DNA of 64,000 nucleotides from Strigamia acuminata (Eukaryota): NCBI GenBank assembly GCA_949358305.1, contig OX442314.1, positions 22,878,001 to 22,942,000 of the forward strand, read 5' to 3'. Shown piece by piece: positions 1 to 10,592 of this stretch (position 1 is its first letter; each line of letters starts with the position of its first letter). The notes under the pieces were generated by a model. It saw only the letters and a program-made list of their open reading frames with translations, ran no database searches and was not told where the DNA came from. The position numbers and the translations under genes were made by a program.

Positions 1-525
1 TCCATGCCCATTTCCATGCCCACCATGTCCATATCCACTATATCCATGCCCACCATCTCCATGCCCACCATAGCCATGACCATCCCCATAACCACCTCCA
101 TGTCCATGGCCACCTCCATGACCACCTCCATGTCCCCCATATCCATGACCACCTCCATGGCCACCATATCCATGACCATCTTTATGACCGCCTCCATGTC
201 CACCACCGTATCCATAATCAGTTTCTTCTTCTACGTGTATTTTTAGATTGACAAAATGGTCCTTCTTTCCGCAACCGCTTCCATGACCATAATTGCTATA
301 ACTATGATATTTAGGAACTTGATAATAGTGTCCAACACTGCCTTTGGAACCATCGTGCCCATAGTCATCTCTCAGTGAAAATTTGTTGTTTGTTTTTTCT
401 TCGTCCACATCCAGTGAAACCTTTTCTTCTGCTTTTAGTTCTTCCGAGCCAGTTTTTATTACGCTGCATAGCACTAGATGGATGTCGAAAGCCAAGAGAA
501 AACAATAAAATAGTCTCGACTGCAT
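1..525 (-). CDS. Secreted Gly/His/Tyr-rich low-complexity protein (3' end runs off the window)
   Basis: Absent from the ORF track because it has no stop in the window. ATG at 525 reads MQSRLFYCFLLAFDIHLVLCS (signal-like), an acidic spacer, then GGHGGGHGYGGH repeats, open to base 1. A 5'UTR acceptor tctttcag lies just upstream. Confidence 0.85.
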   Translation of the reverse strand, partial: MQSRLFYCFLLAFDIHLVLCSVIKTGSEELKAEEKVSLDVDEEKTNNKFSLRDDYGHDGSKGSVGHYYQVPKYHSYSNYGHGSGCGKKDHFVNLKIHVEEETDYGYGGGHGGGHKDGHGYGGHGGGHGYGGHGGGHGGGHGHGGGYGDGHGYGGHGDGGHGYSGYGHGGHGNGHG

Positions 526-1020
526 TTTAAAACTGAAAGAAATAGAGTAAGCAAAAACAAACAATTGACGTATAATAAACTCCAATAGTTACTTACCCAC
601 GAATTTTGTGTGGCAGACGAGTTCAGTGCACGTACAAAGTAGACTTTCTGTAACAAAATGTGCTATATTTATATTGGAATACATCTACTAAAAAACAGTT
701 TAACGGGCAGTAAGACAGTGTTAATCAATAGACACTGGTGCTTACGCGACGATAAAAGTTATTTGCGTGTGAATGGCTATTGCCATAGCTATTATCCGAC
801 TTGCAACTTAAGTTTTGCTGGAATTAACCATAAACTCTTAATAGTTACATCTAGTTTAGCATGTGTTGTAACAAAATGATGCAACTTCATGAATAGTTAT
901 TGGATCAGACAAATTATTATCAACACAATAAATAATATTTTTTAAAGATAAATGTTTTTAATTCATTACTGTTTCTACAAAATGTTTGATTGATTTGAAA
1001 TTTTTGGTACAAAGTTGTAT

Positions 1021-1389
1021 TTAGCCAAGACCAAGGGTCAGTCCACCCAATAAATTATTTAACACGTCTCCAACAGTACCCAGCAAAGAATCCACAACAC
1101 CTCCGCCGCTTCCTAATAACTCGGCCACGAGTCTTCCTTCGATAACATCAGTTTCAATGTTGCTAAACATTGTCTTGACAGCGCTTCTCAGGTCTTCTAG
1201 TTGATCCAACACGTCGCTTAATACGGAACCAGTTTCTTTGGTGTTTCCAGAATCATTGTCTTGTGAATCAATTCCTTCTTGCGGGGCACCAGAATCCTTG
1301 TCTTGTGAATCAAGATCTTCTTGCGGGGCACCAGTTACGAATAACAGAAAAATGGTGAAAATCAAAACAGTTGCAATAGCTGAATGCAT
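1021..1389 (-). CDS. Small secreted protein, 122 aa: signal peptide, duplicated acidic GAPQE..DSQD.DS unit, Leu/Gly-rich amphipathic C-terminus
   Basis: Single-exon ORF with hydrophobic N-terminus, a 42-nt internal duplication and an upstream TATAAATA (1456-1463, minus). Confidence 0.8.
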   Translation of the reverse strand: MHSAIATVLIFTIFLLFVTGAPQEDLDSQDKDSGAPQEGIDSQDNDSGNTKETGSVLSDVLDQLEDLRSAVKTMFSNIETDVIEGRLVAELLGSGGGVVDSLLGTVGDVLNNLLGGLTLGLG

Positions 1390-1455
1390 CTTGTTTGTTG
1401 TTTCAGCGTCTGGATTGACTGAAAATGTCTATGGTACGGTGTGGTAAGAACATGG

Positions 1456-1463
1456 TATTTATA
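1456..1463 (-). promoter_or_regulatory. TATA box of the 122-aa secreted protein gene
   Basis: TATAAATA on the minus strand about 70 nt upstream of the ATG. Confidence 0.45.
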
Positions 1464-1883
1464 AAGGTCTTGACACAATTTTGAGTGACACGATTTTGAG
1501 TGTGTTGTAAATTGTGTTTCTTTGAATTTTGACTGATTTAATAGCAATCAAGTGTTTTTGCATACACTGAAATGATTTGTTAGGTAATAAAACTTGCCAT
1601 AGTATTGTGATTGACAACTGACCGTGACCCACGGACCAATGGATGTGTCAAAAACATTCCCATTGCAGCTGGAGTTTTCTCAGCGAAATTGCTTAGCAAA
1701 TCGTAAATCAATAAGAACGTTTTGAATTTTGCATAAAGGAAAGGAAATTGTAAACAAACTTCATAGAACTATTTTTATTAAGCATAGTTTCTTTCATACT
1801 CAGATAAGGAAAGAAAATGTGCATTTAATTAATATTATCGCATTGGCTTTTACAATTTTTCTTGTTATTTTATTAGTAGCTTC

Positions 1884-3045
1884 TTATTGGTAATACTGTT
1901 GGTACTGCGGGCAAGGAGGAGTTGAATAGTCAGGAAAGTTTGCACTTGATGCACTATATCCTGAGCAGTTTGAATAACTGGAATTAAGATTGTTGGCGAG
2001 GTTTCTTGCGAAAGAACTCTGATCTTGGTCGTGGCCTGGAAACGGTTGAGGAAAACTCTGGAGATAGACTAAAGGAACGTCGTGTGCTCGCTCTATGACT
2101 ATCTCGCGTTTGTCAATGTTCCTGAAGCGGGTAATCGTGTCCGTGTCGGCGTATTCGGCGTACTTTTGGGCCGTTATGATGATTTTCTTTTGATCTCGAG
2201 TGAGGTCCCATCGAAGTGTGCTCATGTTCAAATTAGTGGGAAGAGTATATCTTTCAGATATCGATCGGCTTTCATCATGCATTTGATTGCTTTGCGCATT
2301 TCTGCAAGTAGTCAATACAATTTAGTTTCTCAATTTCATTTACCTAATTGATACATAAATTTTATTAAATTCATTCGAAAATAGATATATTTGCGAATTT
2401 CTCGCAGCTATTCACTGGTTTATAATTTTTTTTTTTAAAAAAGTCGTGCAAACAACTTACTTAATTTACGACTACAAATTCAATTTTCGGCAGCATAAAT
2501 TTTAATTCCGACAGCAAAAACTGTATTTTGATATCAAACACTCTAATTTTAACATCAAATATTCCAATTTTTGACATCAAACACTGCATTTTTGACATCA
2601 AACACTAGATTTTGACATCAAAAACTACATTTTGACATTAAAAACTGCATGTTCGACAACAAAAACTCTATATTCGAATGTTTCTCTAGATATTCACTTG
2701 AAATCCACTTCATGATTAGCCTTTACGATCATTGCACCGTCAACTATTTCAACCATTATTTCTTGCGGCAAGAAATCGTGAACGTCAACAAACATTTTGA
2801 ATTGAAATGGATCACCGTCTTGATAAACCACTCTCGAATCCCTATTTGGAGGAGCAACATGTCCACTTTGATTGTACTCTACTAATTGCCTGGAATATTT
2901 AACATTTGAATTGCAAGATATACACTTCAATTTCTTTTCTTTTTTTAAGTAATACGGAGTGAATTAATTACAAATCCTCGGGCCTTGTTTTAGTACAGAA
3001 AGATCCTCCTTTTTGATATTTCGGTTGCCTCGACGGTTTAGCCAT
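1884..3045 (-). CDS. Small heat-shock / alpha-crystallin domain protein, 3 exons (3045-2972, 2889-2698, 2301-1884), about 227 aa
   Basis: Exons splice in frame with GT-AG sites; alpha-crystallin motifs FKMFVDVHDFLPQEIMVEIVDGAMIVKANHE...RSISERYTLP...IIITAQK. Confidence 0.85.
2530..2672. repeat. Intronic ~21-bp minisatellite
   Basis: About six degenerate copies of tttgacatcaaacactgcatt. Confidence 0.75.
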
Positions 3046-3652
3046 TTTAGAATTGATTGATTAACTTAAAATTTCAAATAATTTCTTTAGAAGAATTTTC
3101 AGGTTTTCTCAGTAATTTTAAGTATTGTTATCTACAAACAAAACGATTTTATAACACCAATTATTGTTTATTTGTTCAGAGGTTTATTTAAAATCACCGA
3201 TTTGTATCCAAACTATAATTTTTGAAAGCCTAAATGTAACATTTCGTGATTTTTAAAATTGTATTTGTGAATTCCTTTAAAAAATTTGTTTTAAAAGTCC
3301 GCGCTTTAAACTACATACTGTACAGCGCTGCTGCGACACCTCGGGAGAGACGAGTCAACTACACTCAAAAAGAAATGTGAACGAAAGAATTTATCTAAAC
3401 CTTTAGATAAATAAATCTTATCTTTGTTTCAAAAATGGGGCAAATTCTATTTTTGTGCAAAAACATTTATTATTTCTTGAAGGTTTCCTATCCCGAATTA
3501 TGGGTTACAATATGGGTCTTGGACTTTTTTTTCAAAGTTGAAATATTTGAAATGATTTTAATAAAAAAACTTTGAACTTTGAAATTTAAATCACGAGTTT
3601 GATAATAAATAAATAAAAAAAAAAATAAAAATAAAAATCATTAAAATTTAAA

Positions 3653-4272
3653 ATGGCTAATAAAGTGGGTCAATGCTTTTCCCCTACGTCTTTAGACGAT
3701 TTGAAACGGGTAACTATAATATATCAATTTTATACAAATTATTTATTAATTATAAAAATAAAAATAAAATCCAAGATAGTTCAATTAGCCAAGAAAAGGA
3801 AGAAATGTATCAGCATTACAGCGAAGAAAAAAGCAGCTACAAATGAAAAATCAACACAGTTTGTCGTTAAGATGGAACATTTCAATAGAATTGTCGAGGT
3901 GAAAACTATAACACGAGCAAATGAGACGATTTCAACTTTTTACAACAAATGTTTCAGATTAATTTGACGGAAAATTGGATAGTAGTCGAAGCCAGTGCCC
4001 AAATAAGTGCAATTAAAGCCTACTTGGAGAAAGTGGGACTTGCGCTGTGCATGTAATAATAATAATAACAATATATTATGGATAAATGATTTAATTGTGC
4101 TCGATTTTTTAGGCCGGGTCTTCCTCATGACAAAGCTGTAGCAGCCGCTTTCAGTTCAGGATGTCATTCATCAAATATGAATCAAGCAATTATGTCATCG
4201 TTCGTAAGTCAAGTGTTTTCAAATTTAAACTTTAAATAAATATTTATTTGATGATATGATACAATTTACAGG
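3653..4272 (+). pseudogene. Truncated duplicate of exons 1-4 of the GULO-like gene
   Basis: Near-identical to 10593-11212; similarity ends at the exon-5 acceptor. Confidence 0.85.
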
Positions 4273-4367
4273 TAGTAAAATTTATTATCAAAGATTTTCG
4301 ATTAAAATCATTTTAACTTTTAAAAAAAGAATTCATTTTTCATTTCTATTTTACAAATTAAAAAATA

Positions 4368-6156
4368 TTAATCTCGCGTCACATAATCGTCTAATGAGCT
4401 TAACTTAGGCACCTTTGATTTGGTAACTGGAAAAGAGGTTTCGTACTCAGACAAGCGCCTCTTACATGTAATCGTCAGGCAAAATCTAGCAACATAAAGG
4501 ATTTCTCTTTACATACAAAAATGTTTAAAATATACCTTCGGCGATTGAATGTCTACACTGTCCATTCTTTGCACTAAAATAAAAAATAATAATAATTTCA
4601 ACTCATTTTTAAAATAAAATACATATTAAGCACCTTTTCATTGCTACTTTTCCAAGTGGCATCACGTCTACCGTCTTCCCCCGAATATAACACCATGGTG
4701 TTGTATTCGAGTTTTGCCCAAAATCGCAAGTTTGCAAACATTGAGCAAAAATTCGAATATAACACCACTTCAGCTATAACACCATGGTGTTATATTCGAA
4801 TACACCCCCATGGTGTTATATTCGAATTTTTTATTGTTTTCGAATACACACCATGGTGTTATATTCGAATTTTTAGAAAAATATGAAAGACGTACAGTGT
4901 ACGCTTCCAAAACGCAACTGAAACGTGCACGAAACGTGGATTTTACATATTTAACATACAGCACCATGGTGTTATATTCGGGGGAAGACGGTAGTGATGG
5001 CGATCCAACATCCTGCAAACAACTGGCGCATTTTTTTATTTTCTCTCTTTCCTCTTTCATTTTTTTCAACTGCTGTTCCAATCTAGTTGAGCGCGCCTTG
5101 TGGTCGTTAACATTATATTGTAATAATCTGATCTCTATTTTTAATTTTCCCGTGTCTGTTTTTAATTCTCTCTTTTCTGTTCCCGCACTTTCGATCTCCT
5201 TCGTTAGGTTTCGTGTTTCCTCGCCTGATTTAATCAGTTTCCTATTTTAAAAAAATTTAAATAAATAATTCAGAAATTTTTTATTTTAATTTAAATTAGA
5301 ATTTGGTCAAAATACTCACCGTCTAATGGCCAAATGCCATCTCAGTACCTCTTCAACTTGTGGTTTTTCTCCACATTTCTCGATTACATCTTCAAACATT
5401 TTTAGTTGCATCCTCCATGAACATTTTCAAGCTAGAAATTCCAAATTATTACAACAAATTCAATAAAATAAAAATTGATTCTCGATTTTTATAGTAAACT
5501 TAAAATATACTTCTGAAAACTCGCAAATTTCTTCTCTAATTCAGCCAACTCAGATTTCATAAACGTATTATCAACGCTAAGTTCTGCATTTTTTTCTGCT
5601 CTCTTTCAAACACTTTACAAAAAAAATGAAGTTAAAATTATTATACAATATTTCAAAAACACAACAAACTTTTTTATTATTTACTGAATCTTGTGCTCAA
5701 AATCGGCTTTACACTTCCAAAAGGCAGACTGAATGGTTTGCTTCTCCGTATCTACAGTACTAAAATACAAAAAAAAAATTGAATCAAAAGTATTATGTTT
5801 AAAAAACACATCAAACTTTTTGATTATTTATCGAATCTTGTGCTCAAGATCGGTAAATTTCTTCCTTAATTCGTTTTTTTCTTTATTACTATGGTACCTG
5901 CCAAAGTAGCTTCACAACTGTCAACTTGGTTTTTCAATTGCGCATAGTTGAAAGTACCACTGTCGTCTCGGTTTTCGTCCGTGTCGAAGTATAACTTTGG
6001 TATGTTGTTTTGACTTGTAACTTCGAGTCGACATTGAGGACATGTTTTGCTTTCATGCGCTAAGCAACTTGCATGAAAGGTGTGTCCGCAAAACGTTGCT
6101 GCTATATCCTGAATGAAATCAAGTAAGTCGGAACAGATAGAACAACGTGCGTTCAT
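4368..6156 (-). pseudogene. TRAIP: Inverted TRAIP pseudogene
   Basis: Reverse-complement copy of 8871-10380 with loss of QWL in the RING (CLAHESKTCPQC), a frameshift at the end of exon 1, a MITE in exon 4 and a deletion in the last exon. Confidence 0.88.
4671..4991. mobile_element. Tc1/mariner superfamily (Tc2/pogo-like) MITE, 321 bp
   Basis: 30-bp perfect TIR CCGTCTTCCCCCGAATATAACACCATGGTG; TA duplicated at 4669-70 and 4992-93; empty site visible in the intact paralogue; internal CACCATGGTGTTATATTCGAA subrepeats. Confidence 0.93.
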
Positions 6157-7019
6157 ATTTCTAGCTTTAAAGAGATTCTTTTGCCGGAGTGACACGCAAA
6201 TGAAAAGCAGTCCCATTTGCAGACGGTTTTTGTTCTCACTAGATTGACTAGTCCAAGACCCATACCGTAACCCATGATTAATCACGGGATAGGAAACCTT
6301 CAAGAAATAATAAATGTTTTTGCAAAAAAAATAGAATTTAACTCATAATCGGAACAAAGAAAAGATATATTTGTATAAAGGTTTAGATAAATTCTTTCGT
6401 TTACATTTTTTTTAGAGTGTAGTTGACTCGTCTCGCCCGAGGTGTCGCAGCAGTGCTGTACAGAATATAGTTTAAAGCGCAAATTTTTAAAACGAATTTT
6501 TTATTGGAATTTATAAATACAATTTCAAACCACGTGGACGGAGATTGCGAAGAGACCGGAAGAAGAGACGAATGATGAATTTGACGATGTAGTAGAAGAC
6601 GGTGATAAAGTAACTGACGAAGAATTTGTCGAACTAGACGCAGAGTTTGACGAAAGTCACAAAGACGATCGAATTGAAGTAAAACTTAATGAAGTAAATG
6701 ACGATGATGATGAAGTAAATAACGATAGATTTGACGGATTGGATGATAAATGAGACGACTAAAAAACGAAGCGAATGCCAAACCAGCAGTGCTGCGACAC
6801 CTCGGGAGAGACGAGTCAACTACACTCTAAAAAAAATGTAAACGAAAGAATTCATCTAAACCTTTAGATAAATAAATCTTTTCTTTGTTCCAATTATGGG
6901 TAAAAATCTATTTTTTTGCAAAAATACAAAACCGTTTGTAAATGGCGCTGCTTTTCAGATGTGTTTAATGATTTCTTCGATAGTTACTCCGAGAAAGGAA
7001 TCTCTTTAAAGCTATAAAG

Positions 7020-7343
7020 ATGAACGCACATTGTTCTATATTTGATTTTATTCAGGATATAGCAGCAACGTTTTGCGGACATATATTTCATGTAACTTGC
7101 TTAGCGCAGTGGTTGCATCAAAGCAAAACATGTCCACAATGTCGACTCAAAGTTACCAGTCAAAACACCCTAAAAAAGTTATACCACCACACGGACGAAA
7201 AACGAGACGACGACAATGGAACTTTCAACTATGTGCAATTAATAAACCAAGTTGACAGTTGCAAAGCTAGTTTGGCAAGTAGTAATAAAGAAAAAGTCGA
7301 ATTGATGAAGAAAATTATCGAATTTGAGCACAAGATTCGATAA
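7020..7343 (+). pseudogene. TRAIP: Partial TRAIP exon-1 copy
   Basis: RING lacks CSDL (second Cys lost); donor mutated to CG|ATAAAT; no downstream exons. Confidence 0.85.
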
Positions 7344-7424
7344 ATAATCAAAACGTTTGTTGTGTTTTTTTAACGCAGTGGCTACGTCACGTTGTAATAA
7401 GAACACCGTGACGTAGCCACTGCG

Positions 7425-7688
7425 TTAAAAAAACACAACAAACTTTTTGATTATTTACCGAATCTTGTGCTCAAATTCGATAATTTTCTTCATCAATTCG
7501 ACTTTTTCTTTATTACTACTTGCCAAACTAGCTTTGCAATTTTCAACTTGGTTTAATAACTGCGCATTGTTGACAGTTCCACTGTCGTCGTCTCGGTTTT
7601 CGTCCGCGTCTTATGTATGATCTTTTGACTGGTAACTTCGAGTCGACATTGAGGACATGTTTTGCTTTGATGCAACCACTGCGCTAAG
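7425..7688 (-). pseudogene. TRAIP: Partial inverted TRAIP exon-1 fragment
   Basis: Reverse complement of the second half of exon 1 and the start of intron 1; right arm of a palindrome with 7100-7391. Confidence 0.85.
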
Positions 7689-8057
7689 GTTTCAATCCAT
7701 TTCCACGTTTTTCGTGCACAACATGGTAATTGTGATCGTTCAACTTCTCGACTTTCGTATGATCGGCCATTCTTTCGATCTATCGAGATTTAGTTACATG
7801 AAAACGCGATATTACGATTTACAATTAGTTAGCGCAATGGAAGCGTGCTGGGCCCATAACCTGTTATGTTACTACTAAAAGTACGAATGTGTTGTGCAAG
7901 GAACGACTTGAATCAAGAACTGATTTTATTTAGATACAAAGGGGGGTTATATACCCCTATACGCCGTTGCGCCCTATGGACGTTTTCGATGCATCACTCG
8001 TAACGTACGGTGGATGTTTGTTTCACGAAACTGGTGGGAATGGTTGATAATCCAGCA
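7689..8057 (-). mobile_element. Ty1/copia relic: 5' LTR (8057-7862), half-tRNAi-Met primer-binding site (7861-7832), start of gag (ATG 7770)
   Basis: 196-bp TG...CA segment with TATATAA and AATAAA, directly followed by GGTTATGGGCCCAGCACGCTTCCA (complement of the 5' half of initiator tRNA-Met, the copia/Hemivirus PBS), then MADHTKVEKLNDHNYH, resembling the copia gag N-terminal KLxxxNYxxW motif. Confidence 0.85.
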
Positions 8058-8870
8058 AGAGGTTTATTTAAAATCAAATCCAAACTATAATTTTTGAAAG
8101 CTTAAATGTAAAATTTCGTAAATTTTTAAAGTTGTATTTGTAAATTCCAATAAAAAATTCGTTTTAAAAATTCGCGCTTTAAACTATATTCTGTACAGCA
8201 CTGTTGCGACGCCTCGGGAGAGACGAGTCAACTACACTCTAAAAAAAATGTAAACGAAAGAATTTATCTAAACCTTTAGACAAATAAATCTGTTCTTTGT
8301 TCCGATTATGGGTTAAATTTTTTTTTTTTTTAAATAATACGCAGTAATTTAATTTAATTTAATTTAATTACGATTTTACAACACCAATTATTGTTTATTT
8401 GTTCAGAGGTTTATACATATAAAATCACCGATTTACATCCAAACTTTAATTTTTGAAAATCTAAAAGTAAAATTCCGTAATTTTTAAAATTGTATTTGTG
8501 AATTCTTTTAAAAAATTCGCGCTTTAAACTATATACCTGTACTGCGCAGCACTGCTGCGACCCCTCGGGAGAGACGAGTCAACTACACTCTAAAAGAAAT
8601 GTGAACAAAAGAATTTATTTAAATCTTTAGATGAATAAATCTTTTCTTTGTTCCCATTCTGGGTCAAATTCTATTTTTTTGCAAAAACATTTATTATTTC
8701 TCGAAGGTTTAGGCTTCCTATCCCGTGATGAATTATGGGTTACGGTATGGGTCTTGGACTAGTCAATCGAGTGAGAACAAATCCGTTTGAAAATGGCGCT
8801 GCTTTTTAGATGTGTTTAATGATTTCTTCGATAGTTAGTCCGGGCAAGGAATCTCTTTAAAGCTAGAAAG

Positions 8871-10380
8871 ATGAACGCACGTTGTTCTATATGTTCGGAC
8901 TTATTTGATTTCATTCAGGATATAGCAGCAACGTTTTGTGGACATATATTTCATGCAACTTGCTTAGCGCAGTGGTTGCATCAAAGCAAAACATGTCCTC
9001 AATGTCGACTTAAAGTTACCAGTCAAAAGATCATACAAAAGTTATACTTCGACACGGACGAAAAACAAGACGACGACACAGGAACTGTCAACAATGCGCA
9101 ATTACTAAACCAAGTTGAAAGTTGCAAAGCTAGTTTGGCAGCTAATAATAAAGAAAAAGTCGAATTGATGAAGAAAATTACCGATTTTGAGGACAAGATT
9201 CGGTAAATAATCAAAAAGTTTGTTGTGTTTTTCAAATGTAATAATTTTAATTTCATTTTTTTGTATTTTAGGGTTCTAGATTCGGAGAAGCAAAGCATCC
9301 AGTCTGCCTTTTGGGAGTGTAAAGACAACTGTAAAGTGTTTAAAAGAGAGCTGAAAAATATGCAGACACTTCGCGTTGATAATACGTCTATGAAATCTGA
9401 GTTGACTGAAATGAAGAAGAAATTTATGAGTTTCCAAAAGTATATTTTTAGTTTAATATAAAAATCTAGAATCAATTTTTATTTTATTGAATTTGTTGAA
9501 ATAATTTGGAATTTCTAGCTTGAAAATGATAATGGAAAATGCAACTAAAGATGTCGAAGATGTAATCGAGAAATGTCGAGAAAAACCACAAGTTGAAGAG
9601 GTTCTGAAATGGCATTCGGTCGTTAGACGGTTAGTATTGTGATCAATTCTAATTTAAATTTAAAAAAATATTAAAATAAAAAATCTCTAAATTATTTATT
9701 AAAATTTTTTTTTCAAAAGGGAACTGATTAAATCAGACGAAGAAAGACGAAAATTAAAACAGGAGATTGAAATGGCGCAAAAAGAGAACAGAAAATTACA
9801 ACAAAATGTCATTGAACACAAAGCGCGCTCAACTGGATTGGAACAGGAGTTGAAATTTATGGAAGAGGAAAGAGAAAATATAAAAAAATGCGCCAGTTGT
9901 TTGCGAGATGTTGGATCGCCATCACTAGACCCGATGCCACTTGGAAAACTAGCGATGAAAAGGTGCTTAATATTTATTTTATTTTTAAAATGAGTTGAAA
10001 TTATATATTTTATTTATTTTAGTCCAAAGAATGGACAGCGGAGACATTCAAACACCGAAGATTGGATTGCACTGTCACCTGAGGTATATTTTAAACATTT
10101 TTGTGTATAAAGAGAAATTATATATATTTTATGTTTTTAGATTTTGCCTGACAAATCGACAAATGTGGTTACTAAACGCAATAATCGTGTTGTGCGAACT
10201 GGTATATCGATTACATCTAAGAGACATTTGTCAGATTCATCTATGCCGATGAGGCTGAAGTCTAGTAATTTTCATTTTAATGGGTTAGGTGGTTGTTCTA
10301 AGTACGAAACCCCTTTTCCAGTTTCAAAATCAAAGGTGCCTAAGTTAAGTTCGTTAGACGATTATGTGACGCTAGAATAA
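8871..10380 (+). CDS. TRAIP: TRAIP/nopo-like RING E3 ubiquitin ligase, 6 exons, intact
   Basis: RING CSICSDLF..AATFCGHIFHATCLAQWLHQSKTCPQCR, IIQKLYFD, coiled coil, FNGLGG motif and PIP-like C-terminus LSSLDDYV; all exons splice in frame. Confidence 0.88.
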
Positions 10381-10592
10381 TATTTTTTTATTTTGTATTA
10401 CGATCTATTTTTTTCTCATTCTATATTATTATTATTATTTGTACAATCGATATTAAAAATGACTTCTTTTTTTTTCAAAGTTGAAATATTTGAAATGATT
10501 TTAATCAAAAAACTTTGAACTTTGAAATTTAAATCACGAGTTTGATAATAAATAAATAAAAAAATAAAAATAAAAATCATTAAAAATTTAAA

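Noticed and set aside
4..246. Met/Ser/Thr-rich plus-strand ORF
   Set aside because: Antisense shadow of the Gly/His-rich gene.
7826..7861. Initiator tRNA-Met gene
   Set aside because: Only the 5' half is present and it abuts an LTR end; better explained as a copia PBS.
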